From an uncultured Planctomycetales bacterium (lineage in GTDB: Bacteria > Omnitrophota > Gorgyraeia > Zapsychrales > JANLHA01): 64,000 bases of DNA. The notes under the pieces are model-generated. The model did not search any database. It was given only the letters and a program-made list of their open reading frames with translations, and was not told the origin of the DNA. Below are positions 48,220 to 58,555 of the stretch, in pieces. The stretch lies in the NCBI GenBank assembly GCA_964489065.1, contig CAZAXH010000001.1, positions 374,358 through 438,357 on the forward strand, in the 5' to 3' direction. Numbering within the stretch: the first letter of the stretch is position 1; each line of letters opens with the position of its first letter. A program made the translations under genes and the position numbers.

Positions 48220-49467
48220 TTATTCCGTCAACCGTTCATAAACCGGGAACGTATCCGTCAACGCTTTCACTCCGTCCCGGACCCGTGACAACACGACTTC
48301 ATCGTCTTTATGCGTAAGCGCCTCATCGATCAGTTCAGCCACCCGCTTCATCTGCGGTTCCTTCATCCCGCGCGTTGTCAGCGCCGGAGTGCCGACCCTG
48401 ATCCCGCTGGTGACCATGGGACTCTGCGGGTCATGCGGGATCAAATTTTTATTGACCGTAATATGCACGCTGTCCAGAATGGAAGACGCCTCTTTGCCCG
48501 TCACCTGTTTGGAGCGCAGGTCGACCATGAACAAATGATTGTCGGTCCCGCCGGCCACAATACGAAATCCGCGTTCCGCCAAACTGGCCGCCAGGCTTTT
48601 GGCGTTGGCAACAATCTGTTTTTGATACTGTTTAAACTCTTGCGAAAGCGCCTCCTGGAACGCCACGGCCTTAGCCGCGATCACATGCATTAAAGGTCCC
48701 CCCTGCAAACCGGGGAAAACAGCCGTGTCAATTTTCTTCCCGAATTCCTGACGGCATAAAATCATCCCTCCGCGGGGGCCGCGCAAGGTTTTATGCGTCG
48801 TGGTGGTAACGAATTCGGCGTACGGGACCGGGCTGGGATGCAGGCCGGCCGCCACGAGGCCGGCGATATGCGCCATGTCAACAAACAGAACTGCCCCGAC
48901 GGCGTCACAAATTTTGCGAAATTTTTCAAAATCAATAAAACGAGAATAGGCAGAAGCACCAGCCACAATCATTTTCGGTTTGTGCTGGCGGGCCAGGCGT
49001 TCAATCTCATCATAGTCCAGCATTTCGGTCTCGGGATGGACCGTATAAGGGACCATATGGTACGTCTTCCCGGAAAAATTCAGTTTATGGCCGTGGGTCA
49101 GATGCCCGCCGCAGGCCAGATCCAAAGCCAAAACCGTGTCCTGCGGCTGCACAGCCACCTGATAAACCGCCTGATTAGCCTGGGAACCCGAATGCGGCTG
49201 GACATTAACGTGCTCGGCCCCGAATAAGGTCTTGGCCCTTTCAATCGCCAGCTGTTCTGCCACATCGATATATTGGCATCCGCCATACCACCGGCGGTCA
49301 GGATACCCTTCCGCATATTTATTAGTCATAACGCATCCCTGGGCTTCCAAGACCGCCTCGGACACGATATTCTCAGAAGCAATCAACTCCAAATTGTTCC
49401 GCTGCCGTTTTAATTCCTGAATAATGGCCTGATAGATCTCGGGATCTGTCTTTTTTATGTGCTCCAT
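48220..49467 (-). CDS. glyA: Serine hydroxymethyltransferase
   Basis: 415 aa; PLP-lysine region [14 protein letters not shown]; classic SHMT N-terminus [11 protein letters not shown]. Confidence 0.95.
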   Translation of the reverse strand: MEHIKKTDPEIYQAIIQELKRQRNNLELIASENIVSEAVLEAQGCVMTNKYAEGYPDRRWYGGCQYIDVAEQLAIERAKTLFGAEHVNVQPHSGSQANQAVYQVAVQPQDTVLALDLACGGHLTHGHKLNFSGKTYHMVPYTVHPETEMLDYDEIERLARQHKPKMIVAGASAYSRFIDFEKFRKICDAVGAVLFVDMAHIAGLVAAGLHPSPVPYAEFVTTTTHKTLRGPRGGMILCRQEFGKKIDTAVFPGLQGGPLMHVIAAKAVAFQEALSQEFKQYQKQIVANAKSLAASLAERGFRIVAGGTDNHLFMVDLRSKQVTGKEASSILDSVHITVNKNLIPHDPQSPMVTSGIRVGTPALTTRGMKEPQMKRVAELIDEALTHKDDEVVLSRVRDGVKALTDTFPVYERLTE

Positions 49468-49545
49468 TGTATTCCCCTTTACTCATATGCCCCGCTATAA
49501 AAACCCGGGCCGGGCTTAAAATGAAAATCCCCTCTTCCGGGGCGG

Positions 49546-50001
49546 CTATGTCTTTAAAAATCTTTTTTCTATCTCCTGTATCTTCTCCACCCGCTGCAGA
49601 TGACGCCCGCCTTCAAACTTGGTCTGCAACCAGGTTAAAACAATATCCAGAATTTCAGATTCCGGCACAAACTTGGCACCCAGGACCAGAATATTGGCAT
49701 TATTATGCTCACGGGATAAAACAGCGGCTTCCTTATTGTAACACAAAGCGGCGTAAGCCCCGGGAACTTTATTGGCGGCGATGACATGGCCAATGCCGGT
49801 CATGCAAACCAGAATCCCCCGGGTTCCGGGATTTTGGCTGACAGCGCAAGCCACCTTACAAGAAAGTTCCGGATAATCGCATGGAACGCCCTCGTCATAA
49901 CAGCCCTCATCGCAAACCTCAAACTCTTGGCTTTGAAGAAATTTTTTAATTGCCTGCTTCAGGTGAAAACCCCGGTGATCCGCAGCAATAAAAATTTTCA
50001 T
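49546..50001 (-). CDS. rpiB: Ribose-5-phosphate isomerase B (RpiB/LacAB family)
   Basis: Likely start MKIFIAADHRGF (RpiB hallmark); catalytic Cys region; the track ORF begins 13 codons upstream. Confidence 0.85.
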   Translation of the reverse strand: MKIFIAADHRGFHLKQAIKKFLQSQEFEVCDEGCYDEGVPCDYPELSCKVACAVSQNPGTRGILVCMTGIGHVIAANKVPGAYAALCYNKEAAVLSREHNNANILVLGAKFVPESEILDIVLTWLQTKFEGGRHLQRVEKIQEIEKRFLKT

Positions 50002-50052
50002 AATCTTCCTTTTCCTGCGAAGCCGTGTCTCTCCCCACAACCCCGCCGTTCC

Positions 50053-51117
50053 TTATATTAACTTAACCAGTTTCTTCACAGACTCCTGAATTAACAAAAG
50101 ACATCCCTCATACGCGTCCGCCGGCTTCCCGATAGGATCAGGGATATCCGGGCCTGTTTGCCGGGCCGCAGGGTCATCATTAAATTCACCCAAAAGGTAC
50201 ACCCGGTTCTCCACGGCCGGCAACCGTTCCAGAATCTGCTGGCGGTGCGTCCGGGTCATCACAAGAATCAAGTCCGCCTGATTCAGCAAAATATTGGTCA
50301 CCGGCTGGGAAACATGCATCGATGCATCAATCCCCCGTCGGGCAAGCACATGCATGGTTTCCTGGCTGGCAGACGACCGCAGAAAAACCCCGGTCCCGGC
50401 CGATTGAATTTCCACATCATCGCGGTCTTGCAGGGCATGCCGCAATAAATATTCCGCCATCACCGAACGGCAGCTGTTTCCCGTACAAATAAACAAAATC
50501 GTCTTCTTACCCGTAATGCGATCCACATCCTCCTGGGAAATGGCGCCCTGCCGCACAACCTTCGGGGCCTCGCCGGTAAAATCCACGACCGAGGAAGACT
50601 TGCCCAGCGAAGCCGGTCCGCCGTCGATCGCGATATCGATCAGCCCGTCCAAGTCACGCAAGGCGTCCTCACAGGTAGAAGGAGCCGGCTTCCCGGCCAG
50701 GTTCGCTGAAGGAGCCGCGACCGTGCATTGGGATTCCTGCACGAGCATGAGAGCGATATTATTCTGGGGCATACGTATGCCGATCGTTTTATTCCCGGTC
50801 CGATCCGGGACAATCACGGTAACAGGGCCGGGCCAGCAGGTGTCAATGAGCTTATACAATTTCGGGTCCGTCATGGACGTATAGTTGTAAACCAGACTCT
50901 TCTGCCAAATATGAATAGAAAACGGCTTATCTTCCGCCCGCTGTTTCACCTCCCGGAGGCGGGCCATCGCCTTAGGATGATTGTAATCCGCCGCAATGCC
51001 GTATACAGTATCCGTCGGAAAAATGACCAGGCCACCCTGCCGGATCATTTTGGCGCAGGATGCGATTTTCTCCAGCTCCGGATATTCCGGATCAATAGAG
51101 ATAATCCGAGTCTTCAA
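50053..51117 (-). CDS. Fusion: L-threonylcarbamoyladenylate synthase (TsaC/YrdC/Sua5 family) plus low-molecular-weight protein tyrosine phosphatase
   Basis: N-terminal YrdC-like domain (GGLVIFPTDTVYGIAAD, SANLAGKP); C-terminal LMW-PTP with the P-loop CTGNSCRS (CX5R) and downstream DP Asp loop. The order glyA-rpiB-tsaC/PTP mirrors the B. subtilis ywlC-ywlE-ywlF...glyA neighbourhood. Confidence 0.75.
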   Translation of the reverse strand: MKTRIISIDPEYPELEKIASCAKMIRQGGLVIFPTDTVYGIAADYNHPKAMARLREVKQRAEDKPFSIHIWQKSLVYNYTSMTDPKLYKLIDTCWPGPVTVIVPDRTGNKTIGIRMPQNNIALMLVQESQCTVAAPSANLAGKPAPSTCEDALRDLDGLIDIAIDGGPASLGKSSSVVDFTGEAPKVVRQGAISQEDVDRITGKKTILFICTGNSCRSVMAEYLLRHALQDRDDVEIQSAGTGVFLRSSASQETMHVLARRGIDASMHVSQPVTNILLNQADLILVMTRTHRQQILERLPAVENRVYLLGEFNDDPAARQTGPDIPDPIGKPADAYEGCLLLIQESVKKLVKLI

Positions 51118-51599
51118 AAATCCACCTTTTGTTGCAGAATTCTTTGTTTTTGCCGCTCCTGGAAATCCAGCAATTTCTGCCTGATATCCGGCCGTTGCAG
51201 GGCCAAAATCCTTAAAGCCAACAGCGCGGCATTTTTGGCTCCGGCTTTCCCAATGGCGACTCCCCCGACCGGAACTCCCGGCGGCATTTGAACGGTCGAC
51301 AACAGGGAATCCATCCCCTGCAGCACGGATTCAATCGGGACCCCGATCACCGGCAAGGATGTGTGGGCGGCAACGACACCGGCCAAAGCGGCAGAACCGC
51401 CCGCCCCGCAGATCACCACCTGCACCCCCCGCGTCATGAGCTCTTCAGCATAAGCGGCGGTCTCTCTGGGCGTGCGATGCGCAGATAAAATCTTAACTTC
51501 ACATTCCACTCCGAATTCCCGGAGCATTTTGACCGTTTCTTCCATCGTTGGCCAGTCCGACTGGCTCCCCATCATGACCGCGACTTGAATTGACTCCAT
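51114..51599 (-). CDS. purE: N5-carboxyaminoimidazole ribonucleotide mutase
   Basis: VAVMMGSQSDW and AGGSAALAG PurE signatures; 161 aa. Confidence 0.9.
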   Translation of the reverse strand: MESIQVAVMMGSQSDWPTMEETVKMLREFGVECEVKILSAHRTPRETAAYAEELMTRGVQVVICGAGGSAALAGVVAAHTSLPVIGVPIESVLQGMDSLLSTVQMPPGVPVGGVAIGKAGAKNAALLALRILALQRPDIRQKLLDFQERQKQRILQQKVDF

Positions 51600-51619
51600 C
51601 CTCGTGTCCTCTCATGTAG

Positions 51620-52921
51620 TTAAGAGTTGTATTCGGGCACCCGTGCCGCGCACCGCCGCAGTGCCCGGGCGCCGATATCCCGGCGGAAAAAACACCGTTC
51701 GAAATAAATCTCTTCAACCGCCTGATAAGCTTTCTGAACCGCAGTTTCTATATTATCACCCAAAGCGGTCACGCCCAGAACCCGTCCGCCGGAAGTAATC
51801 ACCTGTCCCTGGGCTTCTTTCGTCCCGGCGTGAAAAACCCACACATCCGCCCTGTCCGCCAGACGGTCCAGTCCCTTAATCGCTTTCCCTTTCTCATAAG
51901 CACCGGGGTAACCGCCGGAACTCATCACGACACAAACACAACTGCGGGCATCCCATTGCAAAGCCTTGTCGCCCAATTGCCCTTCACTCGCCGCCAACAA
52001 AATATCTAAAAGATCCGTTTTAAGCCGCGGGATGACGACCTGCGCTTCCGGGTCCCCAAAGCGAACGTTATACTCCAAAACTTTCGGGCCGTCCGGCGTT
52101 ATCATCAACCCGGCATAAAGGACCCCCCGGAACGGGCACCCCTCCTGCGCCATACCCCGGATCGTCGGGGCGAGAATATACCGGTCAATGTCATACACGC
52201 AACTTTTCGTCGCCACGGGTGCCGGAGAATACGCCCCCATCCCCCCGGTATTCGGGCCCAAATCATCATCAAAAATCCTTTTATGATCCTGGGACGTCTC
52301 CAAAACCGCATAATTCATACCGTCGCTCACCGCCAAAATCGACACTTCTTCCCCCGTCAAACATTCTTCAATAATCACCTGGTTGCCGGCCGCCTGAAAC
52401 GCTTTGGCCACCATCGTCTGCTCAACGGCCTCTAACCCCTCCTCAAGGTTCTGGCAAACGAAAACGCCCTTACCCGCCGCTAGTCCATCAGCTTTGACAA
52501 CAACCGGAAACCGCGTTTTATGAAGGAACATTCGCGCCTTTTCCGCATCATGAAAGATCTTGAACTCTGCGGTCGGGATTTTATAACGCTGCATAAATTG
52601 TTTGGCAAAGACCTTGCTCCCCTCCAATTGGGCCGCCTGGCGGCTCGGGCCGAAAACCTTCAGGCCGTTCAGTTGAAAAACATCCACCAGCCCGGCGACA
52701 AGCGGCGTTTCCGGTCCGACAATCGTTAAATCGATATTTTTTTCTTTGGCAAGCTTCACCAAACCGCTGATATCATCCGCCTCCACCGGACAACAGACGG
52801 CAATGCCGGCAAGACCGCCGTTCCCCGGCGCGCAAAAAACCTGTTTCACCTTCGGGCTTTGCCGCAATTTCCAGGCCAGCACATGCTCCCGGCCTCCGGA
52901 TCCCACGACCAAAATATTCAT
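51620..52921 (-). CDS. purD: Phosphoribosylamine--glycine ligase
   Basis: MNILVVGSGGREHVLAWKL start; ATP-grasp; 433 aa. Confidence 0.9.
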   Translation of the reverse strand: MNILVVGSGGREHVLAWKLRQSPKVKQVFCAPGNGGLAGIAVCCPVEADDISGLVKLAKEKNIDLTIVGPETPLVAGLVDVFQLNGLKVFGPSRQAAQLEGSKVFAKQFMQRYKIPTAEFKIFHDAEKARMFLHKTRFPVVVKADGLAAGKGVFVCQNLEEGLEAVEQTMVAKAFQAAGNQVIIEECLTGEEVSILAVSDGMNYAVLETSQDHKRIFDDDLGPNTGGMGAYSPAPVATKSCVYDIDRYILAPTIRGMAQEGCPFRGVLYAGLMITPDGPKVLEYNVRFGDPEAQVVIPRLKTDLLDILLAASEGQLGDKALQWDARSCVCVVMSSGGYPGAYEKGKAIKGLDRLADRADVWVFHAGTKEAQGQVITSGGRVLGVTALGDNIETAVQKAYQAVEEIYFERCFFRRDIGARALRRCAARVPEYNS

Positions 52922-52951
52922 GCTGACTCCCTTAAGTCGATATCTGCTGGA

Positions 52952-53959
52952 TTAATTTAAAAACCTCAATTTACGTTTGGTGTCCTTGGCGACCTCACCT
53001 ATAACATACGTTTTCAACCGGCGGCGGGCCAAAAAGTTTTTAACCGGCACGACGTCCTGAGGCCGCACCACCAGAACCATCCCAATGCCCATATTAAACG
53101 TTTTATACATGTCTTCTCGGGGAACCCGCCCCTGGTCTTGCACTCTGCCGAAAATCTCCGGAACAGGCCAGCTTTTACGATCCACGATAAAGCACATCCC
53201 CGGGGGAAGAATTTTTGTGAGTTTCTCATAATAAGCGCCGCCCGTAATATGAGCGATCCCTTTCAGGGAAAAATTTTCCAGACACGCCAGGACCTCCCGG
53301 ACATAAATCCGTGTGGGCTTAAGAAGTTCCCCGGCCAGCCGCTTCTGTTCCGCGGGAGAGAATACCTTCCGCACAAGACTAAACCCGTTGGAATGCAACC
53401 CGCTGGAGGCCAACCCGATCATCTGATCCCCGGGCCTTATATCCGAACCATCAACACATTTCTGCTTTTCAACGACGCCTACGGCAAAACCCGCCAGGTC
53501 ATATTCCTCAGACCCGTACATGCCCGGCATTTCTGCAGTTTCCCCGCCGATCAGGCCGCATCCGGACTGCCGGCAGCCCTTCACAATCCCGGCCACAACG
53601 TTTTTTAACACCTCCTGATGAAGCTTCCCGCAGGCGATATAATCCAGGAAAAACAGCGGCCTGGCCCCCACGCATAAAATGTCATTCACGTTCATCGCCA
53701 CGCAATCAATCCCAATCGTATCATGCTTCCCAACGGCCTGGGCAATGAGAAGTTTCGTGCCCACACCATCGGTCGAAGAAACCAGGACTGGTTCATGATA
53801 CTTTTCCCGGGAAAAATCAAATAAACCGCCGAAGCCTCCGCGGGTGCGTATAACGGCCGGAGAACAGGAGGACCCCATCATGTTCTGAATAGAACGGACA
53901 AAACTATTAGCGCCGTCGATGTCAACGCCACTGGACTGATACGTCACGATTCTTCTCAT
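52952..53959 (-). CDS. purM: Phosphoribosylformylglycinamidine cyclo-ligase
   Basis: AIR synthase (PurM) N- and C-domains; 335 aa; the DGVGTKL motif is present. Confidence 0.9.
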   Translation of the reverse strand: MRRIVTYQSSGVDIDGANSFVRSIQNMMGSSCSPAVIRTRGGFGGLFDFSREKYHEPVLVSSTDGVGTKLLIAQAVGKHDTIGIDCVAMNVNDILCVGARPLFFLDYIACGKLHQEVLKNVVAGIVKGCRQSGCGLIGGETAEMPGMYGSEEYDLAGFAVGVVEKQKCVDGSDIRPGDQMIGLASSGLHSNGFSLVRKVFSPAEQKRLAGELLKPTRIYVREVLACLENFSLKGIAHITGGAYYEKLTKILPPGMCFIVDRKSWPVPEIFGRVQDQGRVPREDMYKTFNMGIGMVLVVRPQDVVPVKNFLARRRLKTYVIGEVAKDTKRKLRFLN

Positions 53960-53973
53960 AATCCTCCCTCACT

Positions 53974-54786
53974 TTACACCAAATTTTTTTTCGCGTACGC
54001 GACACCGTTCTGAAAAATCCCGGCCCCGTCCCCGTACTCCGATTTCTTTTCCAAACGCGTCCAGGCCGGATGCTGGGTCCACACAAAATGCCGTTCCGGA
54101 TGAGGCATCAGCCCCAGCACGCGCCCGGTACGGTCCGCGATCCCGGCGATATGGTCCATGGATCCGTTAGGATTCTCCGGATAAGACACGGGCCGCCCGC
54201 CTTCCGAACAATAGCGGAAGACCACCTGTCCGTTACTTTGCAGGGAATGTAAAACCCCCTCATCCTGGGTCACGAATTTTCCTTCCGCATGCGCGACCGG
54301 GAATAAAACAGTATCCGGAAGACCTTCCGTCCACACTGACCGTCCGCACACCTTTAACCGGACCCACCGGTCTTCAAATTTCCCGGAATCATTATAGGTC
54401 AGGCTTACGGCCTGAGGCACTCCGGGATGCCACACGGGATCGCCATTCAGCGGCCCCGGCAATATGCCGGCCCGGACCAAAACCTGAAACCCGTTGCAGA
54501 TCCCGATCACAAGTTTACCGGAGACGATAAAGGCCTCGATGTCCTGCCCCAAATTTAACCGCAGTTCGTTGGCCAGAATCCGCCCCGAGATAATATCGTC
54601 CCCATAGGTAAACCCCCCGGGAACCGCAAGGATATGATAATCCCGCAAAGACACGCTCCCGTTCATCAGCCGGTTAATATGAACCAGATCAACCGCGGCG
54701 CCGCAGCGCCCAAAAGCATAAGCGGTTTCTCCGTCACAGTTTGTTCCGGCTGTCCTCAACACAATAACCCGAACACCTTGAGCCAT
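53974..54786 (-). CDS. purQ: Phosphoribosylformylglycinamidine synthase glutaminase subunit
   Basis: Class-I GATase with the nucleophile GICNGFQ and a His/Glu pair near the C-terminus; likely start MAQGVRVIVLRTAG, and the track ORF extends 55 codons upstream into the LOG gene. Confidence 0.8.
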   Translation of the reverse strand: MAQGVRVIVLRTAGTNCDGETAYAFGRCGAAVDLVHINRLMNGSVSLRDYHILAVPGGFTYGDDIISGRILANELRLNLGQDIEAFIVSGKLVIGICNGFQVLVRAGILPGPLNGDPVWHPGVPQAVSLTYNDSGKFEDRWVRLKVCGRSVWTEGLPDTVLFPVAHAEGKFVTQDEGVLHSLQSNGQVVFRYCSEGGRPVSYPENPNGSMDHIAGIADRTGRVLGLMPHPERHFVWTQHPAWTRLEKKSEYGDGAGIFQNGVAYAKKNLV

Positions 54787-54787
54787 A

Positions 54788-55447
54788 TCATCTCTTTTTG
54801 TAAAAAGCCCTGATTGCGGCCACAACTTCTTCCGGCTTGTCAACGATTGTAAAAATATCGAGGTCTTTTCCTTGAATATTCCCTTCCGCCAGCATTGACT
54901 CCTTGAGCCAGCCGATAAGGCCTCCCCAATAAGCGGATCCGAATAACACAACGGGAAACCTGTCGATACGTCCCGTTTGAATCAACGTGACGCTTTCAAA
55001 AAATTCATCCAGCGTCCCAAACCCGCCAGGAAAAATAACAAAAGCTTTGGCATACTTCACAAACATAACCTTCCGGCAGAAAAAATAATGAAATTTGATC
55101 AAATGAGAAATATATCTGTTCGGTTTCTGCTCAAACGGAAGCTCAATATTCAGCCCAATGGATTGGTCCGGCTTGATGAACGCCCCCCGATTGGCTGCTT
55201 CCATAATCCCGGGCCCGCCGCCGGTGATCACGCTATAGCCTTCCTTCACCAAAAGCTGGGCGGTTTTCTGGGCATTTTTATACATCTTATGCTTCACCCC
55301 TGTACGGGCAGAACCAAAAATTGTCACCGCGTCCCCGACCTGAGACAACTGGTCAAATCCGTCAACGAATTCCGCCATAATTCGGAACACGCGCCATGGG
55401 TCTTCCATATTATTGATTTCATCCGTAATTTTACGTCCTTTGGCCAT
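54788..55447 (-). CDS. LOG-family protein (cytokinin riboside 5'-monophosphate phosphoribohydrolase-like)
   Basis: GGGPGIMEA and PGGFGTLDEFFE LOG/TIGR00730 signatures; 219 aa; embedded inside the pur operon. Confidence 0.75.
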   Translation of the reverse strand: MAKGRKITDEINNMEDPWRVFRIMAEFVDGFDQLSQVGDAVTIFGSARTGVKHKMYKNAQKTAQLLVKEGYSVITGGGPGIMEAANRGAFIKPDQSIGLNIELPFEQKPNRYISHLIKFHYFFCRKVMFVKYAKAFVIFPGGFGTLDEFFESVTLIQTGRIDRFPVVLFGSAYWGGLIGWLKESMLAEGNIQGKDLDIFTIVDKPEEVVAAIRAFYKKR

Positions 55448-55512
55448 ACCTCACCGCTTTCTTAGCATTTGTTGGACATTGTCCTAAAATTTTTCATCCC
55501 CCGCAAGCCCCG

Positions 55513-58482
55513 TTACCAGCGCAAAGGCTGCTGCCAGGCCTCTTTTAAATCACGGAGCATCACGTTTACGCAGACCTTGTTATCCCGACCGTAAATTACA
55601 AATTCCGGACTTTCTTCAACCCGGCCGATGCAGCGGCAGGGAACCGGCCCCATCGCTTTTTCAAACGCCTTTTGCTGCTGCGGGCTAACTTCCGCGACGA
55701 ATCTTGACGTTGATTCCGAGAACAAAATAATATCATCACGCGCCCCCGTCCCCTTAAAAGAGACGTCTTTCAAGGTCACCGTGGCTCCCCACCCGCCGCC
55801 GAACGCCATTTCCGCCAAAGCCACGCCCAATCCTCCTTCCGAACAGTCATGGAGGGAGCGGATACGCCCCTGCCGGATCGCCTGATAGAGGCAGTTAAAA
55901 ATCATCTTCCCCGTCTTAAAACGCACCCGCGGAACATCCGCGCCCAGGCATCCCAACGTGTCATAATAAATCGAGCCTCCCATTTCGTCATACGTCTCCC
56001 CAATAAGATAAATCAACGACCCGGGGGTTTTAAAATCCATGGTCACGCAGCGGCCCACATCATCAATAATCCCAATGGCGGAAATCAGAAGGGTGCCAGG
56101 GATAGCGATAGACTTTTTATTCAGCGTGTACTCATTATAAAGGCTGTCTTTCCCGGAAATAAAAGGCACGCCGTAGGCGACAGCCGCCTTATAACACCCT
56201 TGAGCGGCCCGCACCAGGCCCCCCAGGCGGTCTGGCTTGTCCGGATTCCCCCAGCAAAAATTATCCAGAATCGCGATCCGATCCGGATTCCCGCCCACGG
56301 CAACAACCTGCCGGACAGCCTCATCGATGCAGGCCGCCGCCATCCAATAAGGATCGATCTTGCCGTAAAGGACGTTAATGCCGTTGGCGACCGCCAAACC
56401 TTGATCGGAATGGAGCCGCGGCCGGATCACGCTGGCGTCAGAAGGGCCGTCAAACCCCGCCCCGCATAGCGGTTTAATCACGCTGCCGCCCTGGACCTCA
56501 TGATCATACTGACGGATAACCCATTCCTTGGAACACACATTATAATGCGAAAGCACATCCAGAAGAACCGTCGTTACATCAGCCGGGCATGGAACACGCG
56601 GCGTTTTAAGCCGGGGCGTTTTCCACACGGCCTTTTTCGTGATGTCCGGGATACCGTCGTGCATGAAAGACATTTGAAGATCGCAGACCTGCCGCCCGTG
56701 GAAAAACAGCTCCAGCTTTCCCGTACCGGGGAAAGAGCCGATCACGGTCGCTTCGACATTCTCCGCGCGAAAAACATCAAGCAGGGCCTCCGCCTCCTGA
56801 GGGCCGACCGCCAGAACCATGCGCTCCTGGGACTCGGAAATCCATATTTCCATGTAAGAAAGCCCCTGATACTTCAAAGGCACTTTCTCCAGGTCAACGC
56901 GCGCGCCCAGGGTTTCCCCCATCTCCCCCACCGCCGAAGAAAGCCCGCCCGCGCCGCAATCCGTGATCGCGTGATACAAATTCCGGTCCCGCGCCTGCAT
57001 CAGGCAGTCCAAGACTTTCTTTTCCTGTATCGGATCCCCGATCTGCACCGCCCCGGAAGAAACCACCTCCGAGGCATCGGTGAGCTCGGCGGAAGAGAAC
57101 GTGGCCCCGTGAATGCCGTCCCGCCCGGTCCGGCCTCCCGCGACGACAATAAGGTCCCCTTTCAGCACCTTTTTAAATTCTTTGCCCTTCGGGATAATCC
57201 CGACATTGCCGCAGTACACCAACGGATTCCCGACAAACCCGTCGTCAAACAGGATCGCCCCATTCACTGTCGGGATCCCCATTTTGTTGCCGTAATCACG
57301 AACCCCGGACACCACCCCTTTCATAATCCGCTTGGGATGAAGCGTCCCGGCAGGCAGTTCCTCCCGGGGGAAATCAGGCGAAGCAAAACAAAAAATGTCC
57401 GTGTTGCAGACCGGCTTGGCGCCCAGCCCCGTGCCCAGAACGTCCCGGATCACCCCGCCGATACCGGTATTCGCCCCCCCGAAAGGTTCCAGAGCGGAAG
57501 GATGGTTATGCGTTTCTACTTTAAAACACACATTCGTTTCTTTATCAAAACGGATCACCCCGGCGTTGTCATGAAAAACCGAAACGCACCAAGGTTTGGC
57601 CAAGTGCCTCGTGGCTTTGGCAATCGTCGACTTCAGCAAATTATTAATCACCCGTACTTTTTTCCGGCCGCGTTCCTCAAACTCATAACGGATTTTGCCT
57701 CGAAACGTTTTGTGATGACAATGCTCACTCCAGGTCTGGGCAATCGTTTCCAGTTCGCAGTCGGTCGGGTTACGTCCAAGAGCCAGAAAATATTTCTGGA
57801 TGGTCCGCATTTCTTCCCGGTTCAAAAACAACTGGCCGTCGGCGCTGAGCTTCAATAGCTCTTTGCCGGAGGCCGAAAGAATCGGGACCGTGTACACCTC
57901 TTCCGGGGACAATCGAACCGCCGGGGCGTCCCCGTAAGAAGACCTGGGGACCTGAACGGCATGCTGAATCAATTTATTAGACAGGACTTTCTCGATAATC
58001 AAAGTCACCTGGCGCTTCGACAAGCTCCCGTATAAATAATATTTCTTTGCCGTCCTCACCCATTCCACCGGCCCCAAGCCAAGGTCCTTTATCCCCTTCA
58101 TCGTCGAGGCCTCGGCCGGATCCATCACCCCTGGATTATGCGCCACTTCAATTTCCGTGCAGGCCGATGATGACGGGCTATCCACAGCGCGCTCTAAAAG
58201 GCTGCACGAATAATCCTGGGTCACCGGGTCCGCCAAAAGCCGGGAAGCGATGGCGACGACTTGTTCTTCTGATAAAGACGCCTTAATCGTATAAAACTGA
58301 GAAACGTCTACGCGACTTAGCGAGGTTATCCCCAAGTCGGCAATATCACGCAACAGGCCAGGCCCCGCCGGGCCTGTCATTCCTGGTTTTTCTTTAATCT
58401 CAATACGCCAAATCATCGAGGATAACATGGTATCATGAAAAAAGTTGTCTTCGCTGTGTGCTGTTCCCCTGAGGGGTTCCAA
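55513..58482 (-). CDS. purL: Phosphoribosylformylglycinamidine synthase PurL, long form with N-terminal PurS-like domain(s) (PurSL fusion)
   Basis: The C-terminal ~740 aa are a typical small-PurL (PurM-like duplicated domains). The N-terminal ~190 aa contain two PurS-like segments (…IEIKEKPGMTGPAGPGLLRDIADLGI… and …IEVAHNPGVMDPAEASTMKGIKDLGLGPVEWVRTAKKYYLYG…). The true start is probably one of the internal Met residues (MLSS/MIWR) rather than the first track codon. Confidence 0.85.
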   Translation of the reverse strand: MEPLRGTAHSEDNFFHDTMLSSMIWRIEIKEKPGMTGPAGPGLLRDIADLGITSLSRVDVSQFYTIKASLSEEQVVAIASRLLADPVTQDYSCSLLERAVDSPSSSACTEIEVAHNPGVMDPAEASTMKGIKDLGLGPVEWVRTAKKYYLYGSLSKRQVTLIIEKVLSNKLIQHAVQVPRSSYGDAPAVRLSPEEVYTVPILSASGKELLKLSADGQLFLNREEMRTIQKYFLALGRNPTDCELETIAQTWSEHCHHKTFRGKIRYEFEERGRKKVRVINNLLKSTIAKATRHLAKPWCVSVFHDNAGVIRFDKETNVCFKVETHNHPSALEPFGGANTGIGGVIRDVLGTGLGAKPVCNTDIFCFASPDFPREELPAGTLHPKRIMKGVVSGVRDYGNKMGIPTVNGAILFDDGFVGNPLVYCGNVGIIPKGKEFKKVLKGDLIVVAGGRTGRDGIHGATFSSAELTDASEVVSSGAVQIGDPIQEKKVLDCLMQARDRNLYHAITDCGAGGLSSAVGEMGETLGARVDLEKVPLKYQGLSYMEIWISESQERMVLAVGPQEAEALLDVFRAENVEATVIGSFPGTGKLELFFHGRQVCDLQMSFMHDGIPDITKKAVWKTPRLKTPRVPCPADVTTVLLDVLSHYNVCSKEWVIRQYDHEVQGGSVIKPLCGAGFDGPSDASVIRPRLHSDQGLAVANGINVLYGKIDPYWMAAACIDEAVRQVVAVGGNPDRIAILDNFCWGNPDKPDRLGGLVRAAQGCYKAAVAYGVPFISGKDSLYNEYTLNKKSIAIPGTLLISAIGIIDDVGRCVTMDFKTPGSLIYLIGETYDEMGGSIYYDTLGCLGADVPRVRFKTGKMIFNCLYQAIRQGRIRSLHDCSEGGLGVALAEMAFGGGWGATVTLKDVSFKGTGARDDIILFSESTSRFVAEVSPQQQKAFEKAMGPVPCRCIGRVEESPEFVIYGRDNKVCVNVMLRDLKEAWQQPLRW

Positions 58483-58555
58483 AGGGCAAAGCCATGAAGC
58501 GGAGGAACTTGGTTAATTGTTCAGAAGCACGGGAAGGTTTTCAGAAAAACACGCC

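Noticed and set aside
56500-57858. 452-aa plus-strand ORF and neighbouring plus ORFs 55849..56469
   Set aside because: Antisense to purL; Arg/Pro-rich shadow translation.
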